From IMG/VR virus record IMGVR_UViG_3300027741_000040, positions 1-64,000 of that record: 64,000 nucleotides of DNA; one strand, written 5' to 3'. The stretch comes from a virus. The translations under genes and the position numbers were made by a program. Shown one piece after another: positions 18,601 to 30,600 of this stretch. The notes below the pieces were generated by a model. That model saw only the letters and a list, made by a program, of their open reading frames with translations, was not told where the DNA came from and did no database searches. Each line of letters starts with the position of its first letter. Positions within the stretch are counted from its first letter, which is position 1.

Positions 18601-21600
18601 CCAAAGATTTATTGATGGTGGCTGGGTTAAAAGAATGCAGCAGCAGTCACCAAAAGACCTTAACAAGGAACTGGATTTACTCGATTCTACATTAGACTTA
18701 TTTGGTTTTCAAAGAAAGGTTCCAATTAGCACATTTAGTAAATCGGCACCTTTTATGGAAGATGCGGGAATCAAAGAAGTTAGAGAAAGAATATCTGCCA
18801 TCAAAGAGTTTCTAGCTAGTAAAGAACCACAAAAAAAGAAAAAGACTGAGAAAGAAATAACTTTACCCAAAGCTCCATCTGGCATTTCTGATTATCTTAG
18901 GTCTTTAATTGAAAAAAATAAAATATATGATATAACAAACCAGTATGATGGTATTGTTAATCAAGCACTAAATGCAGCATATAAGGGAAATTTGGGACCA
19001 GGAAATAAACAACAGAATATGGATAAGGTTGGACCAAAAAGTATGGTTCGTTTCGCTCCGGACAGAGAATATATTGATGTATCTTTGGGTTCACTAGAAA
19101 AAGACATTCAATATATTGATAAAGTTAAAAAACTAAAGGGAGAAGATTCCGAAAGACTAGCTGCTAACAAAGGCTATACCGTTAGCGATATGTTAGATAC
19201 CGTTAGGGCATATCAGGCGATAGGTTTAGATGCAGCTATTAATACTGCTCTTGGCAGGAAAGATGACTTGAGTCAGTCATTAGCCGATACGTCAGATTTG
19301 AATAAAACAGAGAGGAAAAAGCTTGGTCCAGCAGTAGATCAGCCACTATCTTATTTTGTTGGATCATTAGATGCCGCCATGCAATTTTCATTACCAGAAA
19401 AATTATATAGTGGTATAGGAGCTAGTAAACAAAAACTATTTATAGAATCAGCTGGCGTAAAAATTAATAAACTAGAAGATACCAAAAAACTAGTTGGAAA
19501 AACTGTTAGCATACCTTCTTTCTTATCTACTTCAGAAGTACTAGATACAGCAGAAAGCTTTGTAAGAACAGGCATGATGACCATAGAAACAAATAAAAAA
19601 GCCAAAGGATTAAATCCAGAGAGAGCCAAGACAGATACGATTAACAGAGATAAATCAAAAATAAGAAAAATGGACCAGAGGCTCATTAGCGATTCTTTTG
19701 TCAAAGGCAAAGCCGATGAAAGTTTTGCTGACGATTATGATATCGAATCAGAATATATTCTACCAAGAAATTCTAAATTTAAAGTAAAAAACATAGAAGC
19801 TAAGGACAACAGTGAAGAAGGCGGAAATATTCTTGAATCGCTCAATATGGATTGGGCTGTAAAAATGTTAAATCGTGGAGGGAAAGTACAAAAATTTGTA
19901 GACGGTGGAGTAGCTCAACGAAAAGTTGGATATATTGATTATGATGTTATAGCTAATGAAACTAATAAAGATATTGTAGAAAAAGGCATGGAAGCAACTG
20001 GGCAAAAGGGTCCTAGACTATATACAGATTACCTAACGCAGCTTGCTGTTAGAGCACGAAAAGATAATAGTTTACAAAAACTAAGAGCAATATACGGAGT
20101 AGCTGGTAGTGGTAAAACAACACTAGCACGAGGTCAAGGAACAGACAATGCTACATTGCGCAAAACCGACAGATTTCCAGTACTATCTCCAGAAGATATT
20201 CAAAAAGCTACCGAAATATTAATACTAACTAGTAGCGTAAGTCAAACTAAAATGGATGATTTTTTTAGTGATGTTGATAGAGCATATACATTAAGTTCGA
20301 CTACTGACGCAGAAAGACAGGGAGTAAGGAGTAGAAAAGAATCAAGAGACATTACAGGTATTGGTTTAGAGAATCGCAAACCCGGAACTACTATGGGAGT
20401 TTCAACAGATAGTGCTGTTGGCGAAGCATTATTATCAGATAAGCTAGGATCAAAATCTACAGTATTAGGACGAAGTGATTCTGGCAGACTAAGAAGAAAG
20501 AGAGGAAATGAATTAGTAGACATTATCAAGAAGAGAATTGGTTTCACATGGGGTGGTTTTTCTCCCATGACAGCCGGTCATGAAAGCATCATGGAAGCAG
20601 CATCGGCTATGGGTATTCCTCCAGAAGATTTTATATATTTGGTTGGAGCAAATGAAGGAATTACTGATGATAAGGCATCAAGTTTCCGTACTGCAATTTT
20701 TGATCAGGATGCGAGAGTATTATTAGCTAAAGCTGGGGCTGGAGCAAAAGGAGCGACAGTATTACCAAAACCAAGAGACTTTGAAGTTCCACAAGCTTTT
20801 GATATTTCGCCGGAAAGTGGTCGTAGAAAAGTATTAATACCAGGAAAGGGTAGTACAGCATTTGTAGCAGATAAAACAGCAAAAGATTTAGAAAAATATA
20901 CATCTGCAGGATATAGCACAGTCAATTTGGAAAGATATGGCGGGATCAGCGGTACCATGGTTAGAGATTTAATAGCAGAAGGAAATCTTGGAGAATTACA
21001 GAAAATATTAAGCCCAGGAGTATATGATTTAATTTCTAATAATATTGGTAGGATCCAAAATAGAGCTAAAATTCTTCCAACAATAGTAGCAGATGTACAA
21101 AAAAGTCAGACTGTTAAACTCAAAGATGTAGAATCTGAAATTAAAGCAATTGGTATCAGTAGAATAGACCAAAAGAAAATGGACGATCCAGAATATGCAG
21201 CAAAAGCAGAAATATTATTGGATCTTAGAGAAAAGAAAAAGAAGATCCAAACTGCCGGATCTTTTGAACCATACAAATTATTAGATGCTTTAGCCCAAAA
21301 AGACCCTCAAAACTACGCCCTAGATTTCTCTTCACCAACAACTATGGCTAATGTTCCAGATATGAGAGTTATGGGACAAGGCCCACAAGCTCCTGAAGCT
21401 CCTATGCCAGTTGGTAGAGTTGCTCAATTAGCTCAAGAAAAAAATAAAAGTATTCAAGATGTTATACTAGAACAACTAGGAGGTTTGGGTGGTCCTGCTG
21501 GGGTTAAGAAAATACTTGGTATCGGTAGTGGAGATAGAACACTAAGCTCATTATTGCAAGCAGGAAATATTAAAGGTGGCAAAGGCTTAGAACAAGCAGC

Positions 21601-24600
21601 AGACTATGTTAATAGAGCATTAGCGGCTAGGGGAATAAGAGATGCTGCCGAAGCTAAAAGATTAGAAGAATATCAAGCTAAGGCTCTTCATTTTGGTATT
21701 GCCGGATTATTACCAATGGATTACTCAAAAGAATTTGAGTGGGATATTGGTGGTACTAGTGTTTACGCTACTGCTAGAGGTTTTGGTAGCGCATATTTGG
21801 AAGAAGCAAGACAAATGCAGAATGAGTCTTCAGCATTAGCTCAAAGATTTGCAGAAAATATACAAAATAAAAATATCTTTGGCGGTGGTGAAAGACTAGC
21901 TTTTGATTTCGATAAAACTTTAGTTGAGGATGCAGATATTCTCGATGCTAAGGGCAACCCTGATATTAAAAAATATGCAAATAGAGATGCTGTACAGCAG
22001 GCTCTCCAGAACGCAAGACCAACCAGACTAGCAGTTAAATTAAAATCTCTAATAGAACAAGATCCTCCATTTATTAAGAAAACCAGAATACTAACAGCTA
22101 GACCACAAAGCACAGCAGACCTTCTTGCTCAATCATTACAAAGTTTTGGTCTACCATATTCTGAACAAGATATTACAGGAGTTAGTGGTGGAGCTAGCAG
22201 CAATATTGCGGTATTAAAAGCTGCTAATTTACAACAAGAAGAAAAACTTATTGATGATAATTTAGAAAATATTATGGCTGTTCGCAAAGCTGGAAAAAAA
22301 GGTTTTCAGTACATAGAACCCAAGCCTACAACATCAGAATTAGATGAGAAAATGGGCCAGGGTAATATTGAGGGCGCCGTAGTAGAAAAAGCTTTGGCTG
22401 TATTAGGTGCTCCTGTAAGACCAAATGCTAAACAGAATAGAGCTATAGACTATCCTGATGGCTTAGGCAGTGCTGCCCAATTCTTTCCTGGTATTGATCC
22501 TGGTATTCCAACGGAAGTTAAAAGAACAATTGATGGTAGTAGTTTAGAAAAAGTTAGAGAAGAAATTGGAAGATATATAACAGGGGGAGCCGAAGCTGTT
22601 AAACTAGCTAGGGGAGGAGCTGTTCAAAGCTTTATGGCTGGTGGTAGGGCAGCTCCTCAGTCTCCGCCTAGAAAGTTTGCTGATGGCGGGTTAGTTCCAG
22701 GAATAGGTAATCAAGATACTGTTCCAGCAACTCTTAATGTTGGTGACTTTGTTATTAGAAAAAAAGCAGTAGAAACGATTGGGGTTTCTAAATTAGCAGG
22801 AATGTCAAGATATGCTAGTGGAGGTTCTGTAGATAAGGTTCCTGCTTTATTAACTCCTGGAGAGTTTGTTTTTAATAGACAGTCTGCACAGAAAATAGGA
22901 TATAATAAATTACATCAATTAAATCATGCTGATAAAATAGCGGGATATAATAATGGAGGAATGGTAGGAGGAGTTCAAGGATATGCTTCTGGAGGCGCTG
23001 TTACCATCAATAGCGCAATAGAAGATCTCATAACTTACCTTGCAAAAGGTATGAAGGCTACATCAGAAGCTAATCCTCCAAAACTAGTAGCTAGACCAGA
23101 TATTGTTGGTCGAGCAACTTTACAAGTTTCTGATAAAACAGTAGAGGTCATTAAAGCAATTAGTAAAGAACTTAACGATCTTGGTGTTAGTGTAAGTCAT
23201 GTTGCAGAATTAATGAAGATTGGTGGGGATATCAGCTATAAAGCCATGGAAAAGGCTATTAAAAAAGATATTGAAAGAATGACAATCGCTGGTGCCTCTA
23301 TCGAACAGCTTAGTAAAGCAGAAAGTACATTAGCAGTAGTTAGAACAGAAAGAATAGAAAATCTCAAGAAAACTCAAACATTAGAAGATAGTTTTAGAAA
23401 TTCTAGTATTGGTCAAAAATTTGGTTCGGGAGGAGCACAACAACAGATAATATCAGAATCTGACAGATTAGAAAAACTGATTGAAAATAAAAAGATAAAA
23501 GATATATCAAAAACATTAAATACTGGTCCTGGTGGTATGCTAGGAGCATCTTCGGAGGATATTAGAAAGAAAGCTACAGAGCTAGCGTCATCTCCGGAAG
23601 AGAAGGCTAAAACTAAACAATCGGCATATATTACGGCCGCAGCAAAAGTAACAGGAGTTAAAGTGTCTGATTTTAAATCTGCTGAGTTATCAGGAGCAGA
23701 TATTCAGAAATATATTGCTGAATCCATGAGAGATCGAAAAACTTTGGCAGATATGGACAAACAACTTATTGCTTTAAGAATGGAGGAATATAAGAACGTC
23801 AGTACTGTTAGAGGAATTTCTGTAAATTCAGCAAAAGAAGCAAGAGCACTAGCCGATGAAGAAGTGTCACAAAGAAGAGGAATTATTGATGACTTAGCTA
23901 GCGCCCAAGGAGAAGAGGGTGTCGGACCATCAGGAATCTGGGATTTGGCGAATAGCGTGATTGTTAAAAAACTACAAGGACTTACTCCGAGCGATTATAT
24001 TAATGGAGGAGCAACTATTGCTGGTTTTATGAGTGGCAATGGAAATGCTATTGCTCAAAATTTCTATGATACCAGCGATCAAGGAAGAATAGGAGCAGCT
24101 AGAACAGGAGCCGCTATTTCTAGCGCCGGAACAATTGCTAGCACAGGCTTAGGAATAGCTGCTCAAAGTTTGGCTCTTGGTCCTATTGGTCCTGTTGTTG
24201 CTGGTATTGTGGCTGCTGGAACTGGTATTCTTGCTTTAACCGATAGTATTTATGATTTTACCGGATCACAAGAAGCTGCTGTTAAAGAAGTAGAGAAGTC
24301 TCTTAGAGCAACTGAAATTAATGCAGCAACCGCTAGTTTAGATGATGCTTTTAAGAAATTTGAAAATGATATGAGTAATATTGATCTTCAAGAAGCTCTT
24401 AATAATGCATTATCTAATTCTGTAATGGCTCAGGCCAAAGATACTAGTGCTAATATTGATCAAGCAAAAGAAGACTATGCTTATCAAAATAGAAGTTGGG
24501 GAGACCTATTAAACTTTGATTTAGGTGGCAGCGCTCAGATGGATGCTGTTGAATTAAAAGAAGTTAATAGGGTAGAAGCAGAACGTTTTGCTCCTTTGGC

Positions 24601-27600
24601 AGATAAGGCGTATAAACAAATTCAAAACGAAATTAATGGCAATGCTTCTATAGAACAAATTATGAGCAATGACAAATTGCGTGGCGCTAGAGCAGCTATT
24701 GCGATGAGTACACCTGAGGGTATTTCAGAATATACGGCACAAAAAGCAGCAGAAGAGAAAGCCACCGGAAAACCAATTACTGAAGACGCACGCCAAGCAA
24801 TAATTGATGAAATAGCTGCTCGAAAAATTTCTACTAATGAATTTATCATATCATCAATCAAGGCTAAAGAAGTTGCTGATGCATTAGAGATGGCAAATTT
24901 GGCAGGACGAAAATTGGCACAAAGTTTTCAGAGACTATATGACAGTATTGATCAGGCTATTAATAAAAATAATTTTAATATTCAACAGAGAAAGACAAGT
25001 ACTGATTATTCTACTGGTGCCCTATCGGGAAATGCAGTTACTCCAGAACTTAATTCAAAAAATATTAATATACTAGATAATCCAAAAGCATATTCTACAA
25101 AAGAATTTAATAGTGCTATTAATGTTGCTTCTCAGTCATTACCAGCAGAAGACGCAGCAATGATAAAAGGTGCTGCTACATTACAAAGAAATTTAGCACC
25201 AGCCATAGAAGCAGAACTTAGAAAAACTTTGAGAACAGACGCTGGACTAACAGCAGAAGACGCAGCAAAACAAGCAAAAGAAATAGGAACAGCACAGGTT
25301 AAAGCCAAAGGTCTCCCTGTAGAAATGGAAGAAGCTATAATTAATCAACTTAATGCTTCTATAGATGCTAAAGTACAAGACGATAAGGTACAAAATGAAT
25401 TCAAAAACAGCCCTCAAGCTGCCACAGACAAATTTATTGAGAGTATTAGAGAAGCATCAGATACTATTATCGAAAATGCTGGTAAGGGAGGTATTGATAC
25501 ACTTAAGAAGTTGCTATCTTCTAGACAAGATATTTTTAATGATTTTGGGAAGAATTTAGCCAAATCCTCCGCTTTCCTTAAGCAGCATGCAGAATCTCTT
25601 GTTAAAGCTAAAAATATTATTGGTGATGCTAAGATGAATCTTAGAGAAGCATTAACTGGTGTTGGTGAGACTTTTGCTGAAGCTAAAGCCCGTTTTGATT
25701 CGGAAATATCTGATCTTACTGGGGGAATAACTGATCCTAAAGCGATCCGCGCAAATATACAAAATCTAGAGAAAAAAGGGGCAGCTCTTGTAGAACAAAG
25801 AAAGAATACTGATGATGAAGCTGCTATTGCAAAATTTACCACAGAAATTAATAAAACTAATGATGCTATTAACAATAATAGAGAAGGACTAGAAAGATTA
25901 GCTAATAGTTCTGAATTGGCAGCAAAAGCACTAGGTGAAGTTACTAAGATTAGAGATCTACAAAAAAATAGATCCGAAGTAGTTAACAAATTATTAACAC
26001 AAACTCCAGAAGAAGCCCAAAAGCTCAATGACACGTTTGTTAGACTGCAGAATAATTTAAGTGGAGGATTAAATACAGGAGCTAATTCTAGAGCGGCCAG
26101 AGAAGCTTTTAGTCAGGCTTTGCGAAGTGGAAGTTCATTACAAGGAGCATATCGAGCAGGAAATAGTGTTCTTGCACAACAGAGGCAAGAAACATTAGCA
26201 ATGTTCCAAGATCCCAATATTAGGGGTGCTCAAAAACTAGAGATGAAAAATCAGGCTATTCGACAAAACAAAACCTTATCAGACGAGCAGATAGAGGATA
26301 TATTAAATCAGCAAGAAGCCCAGCTAAAAACACAAATGGCCATAGAAACAGGACAAATCAATAATCCTATGGTTAGGGCAGATATTGAAGCAACCAAAAA
26401 TAGAAAATTTGATCCAGCCGCTGCACAAGCTGCTGACGAATATAATAAAATCACTAACAGACAGGCTAATGCTAATACTGAAATTGGAGGACTAGCATTA
26501 GTACAAAGTAGGCTAGTTAAATCTAACGATGAACTGAAAATAGCACTAGAGGGATTGACGTTAGAGATTCAAAATGCCAGAGGATTTGATGCCAAGGTAG
26601 AGGGCGGGAAAATGGGCGCTGCCGCTGCCGTAGCTGCCGGAAAAGGAGCTACTGTTGGAGCATCTCCTGCCGGAGGAAATGGTCCAAGGACCGTATACGC
26701 TAGCACGGGAGCTTTAATTAATTTTGAGCCAAAAGGAACAGATACTGTTCCTGCAATGTTGACTCCTGGCGAATTTGTTATTAATGCTAGATCAACAGCT
26801 GAACATCTTCCATTATTACAGGCTATTAATAATAGCAGGGGTGGGAGTATTGATGGATTTTCTAATGGTGGAATAGTTTATGCCCAAAAAGGGATACTGG
26901 TGCCAACGAAGAGAGAAACATCCCTTTCTGCTGATTATACCAGACTGTCTCGGGTTCAGCAGGGCAATATTACCGTGCGAGGAGATGAGTTAACAAGAGG
27001 ATCATATCGCGCTACCCTCGACCCTAGCGTTGTTATTCATCGAGCCATCAGTCCTGTTGGCGCTCCGGGGTATGATGGCAGTTCGTCTTCTGATGCTGTG
27101 CGCAATCCGGGCACTCCGTCGAGAACACAGGCGAAGGAACAAGCAAAAGCGAAGGACGCTGGTTACAATGCTATGGCTGAACGAATTCGTGCGGCACGTT
27201 CAACCGGCATAGGAGATGCTCCTAAAGTGTCATCGCTCGCACAACAAATGATGTATCTCCCAAACGGCAAGGTTAGACCTGTCCCAAGCAGAGAGATGCT
27301 TGACAAGTGGTCAGACATCGACGCACAGGCTGGCAGGAAGCGGCAGGACGGTGGTCATATTGCCGTACCGCCAGCTACACAGCCAGCGCCAGCCAAAGAT
27401 GCTGCTCAAACTCGACAAGCAGCACCCAACTCAAACAAAACTATGCAAAAGCCCATTCAGTGGGGTGGGTTTGGTTTCGGTTCTACACCGACGCCTGCTC
27501 CTGTCGGCGGTGAGTCACAGGTAGACAAGGCTATTAAACTGTTGCGGGCATTGAATCTGGGTGGAGACGCAAGTAAAAAAGAGTCTCAGGCTACAGACGA

Positions 27601-30600
27601 AGGTCAAAGAGAGCCAAAAACTAAGACCTCAGGATCAAAAGTAAAAAAATCTGAACAAACCTTCTTTGGTGGCACTCCATCGCAGATGGCTTCTCCTAAA
27701 TTTTCATTACCTTGGTTGTCTGCTGGTTCTAATTTTCCAAAACCGCGTAATATGGCTGAAATACAAATGTACAAAGAAGGCTTGTCTCGTGGTATGACAA
27801 TCCAACAGGTAAGAGACGAAAGAATACAAGCTTATAGATCAAGATTTCCATCAAGGAAAAATAATAGACAAACACAGAACTCTCAGGCTCCTTTTGGTAA
27901 TCTTAGTATATTTGGTTTTTCTGGTCTCTCCACCCTAAGTGGAGGAGAAGCAACATCAAAACCCAGCTATGACACTACTAGAACCAATAGTCCTCTTCTT
28001 CGTCCTCCAAAAGAACAAGCTAAAGTAATAAAAGAAGAAGCTAAACAGGCTCAAGAGCCATTAGCAGCAGCGCCCTCATTACCAGTAGCAGCAGCGCCCT
28101 CATTACCAGTAGCAGCAGCGCCCTCATTACCAGTAGCAGCAGCGCCCTCATTACCAGTAGCAGCAGCGCCCTCATTACCAGTAGCAGCTGGTTTAGACAG
28201 AGAAAAACAAAGAAATTTAGATCTAGCATATGAAAATATGGCCGAAAGAAGTAGGGCAAAGATTTTAGAGACCATAGGCCAAGAAGGAGCTTGGGATGTT
28301 AATGCTTATGATACTGCCTACCGCAGATTAATGAGATCTGGAACACCAACAAAAGAAAGATGGACGACAGAACAATTTAGACAAGCGGTTGAAAAAGAAT
28401 TATCTGGAATGTCTCCGGAATATGCTCGTAGACAATGGAAAGGAGTTACCCCATCTACCCACTATACTCAAAGTCCAGAATATAAGGCTAAACAGGAAAA
28501 AAAAGCCAAAGACAGAGAAGTTAAAGGACCATATGCTCCTGGATTACCTGGAGCAATAGACAAAGCTGCCGACCAGGTAATGACTGGAGTTGTATTACCT
28601 ATTACCGAAACTGTCGCTGGAGCTGCTACTGTTCTTAGATCTGGTAGTGGACCAGAGATGGACAAAAAATTAAAAGAAAACAGAGAAGCCTTAGGTGCTG
28701 ATGCTAGATTAGCTGAAGACGAAAAGAGAAAATTAATAGGAACAGATAAGAGTATTTTTGGAGGTAATGTTGGAGACAAGGTCTATTCTAAATTTTTACA
28801 GTTGCCTATTGGACAACAACAAGAATACCTAGATCTGAGAAAACGCGCTCAAACTAAAAAAGGACTTAGACAATCTGAAGCAGCTGATCTTAAAGAATAT
28901 ACTAGATTAGACTATTTTCAAAAAACTTTGGAAGTTCCATATCAGCAAAGAGAAAGAATTCCAACAGGTTATGAGTCTGACGTTAAAGACCCTGCGGCAA
29001 GCAAAAAATCATCCGATAAAATGACAGATATGAGAGATCTTCGTGCTGCTACTCCTTTATTAGGTAGTCGTAAGTATGTGGAAGGATTGCCAGCAGCTTT
29101 TGAAGAAGGAGCAACACTAGGAACAGTTTTGACTAAAGAATCTAGTGCTTATGGAGACAGAGCAACAGAAACAGTTGGTGGAACAGGACAAGTTGTTACC
29201 GGAACAGCCAAAGTAGGCTTTGGTTTAAGTGCGGCTGCATTAGCAGATAGAGTTGGTATGACCGGACTAGCATCTCCTAAGATAGTAAAAGCCTTGAAGG
29301 ATTCTTTTCTCGAAACAGCCAGATTAGGAGGTACTCAGGTTCAGTTAGGGGCATCAAAATATGGCAAAAATGCAGGTGTAGATTCAGCTTTAGCTATGGT
29401 TTATGGAGAAAGCTCTCCTCAAGCAACTTTTTATGCTGATCAACAAAAAGTTCAACAAAAACAATTTGATACTACTTTCCAAAAACAAAAAGCACAAGCC
29501 GAAGCTTTAGCTCCTGGATTCGGAACAAGCTACGAACGAGCAGAGAACTTATCTCAAGCAGCATATGGCGCAGCGACCACAGCGGCCATGCAACAGGTTG
29601 CTGTTGGGGCATTTACAAAACCTTCTATGTCTCCAGCAAAAACATTCACTCCAGCAGAAAATGCGGCTCGCTCCGGAACCAATCAAAAATTAAATGATGT
29701 ATTTACTGGAAAAAAACAGATAGTTCGCCCGTCGATAGATATAGAGCCAGAATTTAATAAGTTTTTAAAACGCCCAATTGTTGGAGAGCTCCCACCTCCA
29801 CAAGATATGGCACTAGATAGATTTTTAAAGCGCCCAATTATTGGAGAGCGTCCCTCTATTTCAAGTCCAGAACTAGATCAATTTTTGGGACGTACTGCAC
29901 AAACACCAGTAAATCCACAACTTCAAAACATACGATGGGCCATGCCGCGCAAGCCGGGATCGGCGGTATGGAACCAGCCATCCAAACCATCATCATGGAA
30001 TGGAGCTTCGCAGCCGTCACCAGGTCCTGTTACGAAACAATTGGAAAGGCTCCCACGAGTTCGGGCTGTCAAGAACTATACGAATAAGTATGGAAACCCA
30101 TCTGAAGATTCTGATTTAGTTATACGAAAACAATTAGACATATCACGACGTCAGAATGTCAGAAGGTTTATGAATGGGGAAAATGATGTTGGAGCTCCTA
30201 TTGATTCAACTCCTAGCGTTTCTTCAACAGGCACTACATTCCCTTCTGCTTCTCCAGCAGTATTCCCAAGGCCACAGATAGCAACACCTAGTGAGCCATT
30301 GTTTCCAACCCTTACAAAATGGGGTCGATCACTTAAAAGTTTAGCTGGTGGTATATGGAATATATCGACACCAGGGAATATTTTCTATACGGGTGGTAGC
30401 AGTGCTTCCCTTAGATATTTATTATCTGGAGGAGGTGAGCAGCAGGATAAACCACAGACAAAGAAAGTAAAGAGACCACAAAGAAAAGCAAATGTAGGTA
30501 TGATATCTACTGGATATACTGCTGAAGGAAAACTAGTCCCTTTATCCTTTGGTCCTACAGCTAAATATTCCACAGGAGGGATAGTATATGCAAATAACGG

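Noticed and set aside
17396-22603. Inteins or homing endonucleases explaining the TMP insertions
   Set aside because: No intein N-terminal C/S block, no C-terminal HN-(C/S/T) and no LAGLIDADG motifs at the boundaries.
28062-28188. Possible CRISPR array
   Set aside because: The repeats are directly adjacent with no spacers and are in frame within the TMP; this is a coding VNTR.
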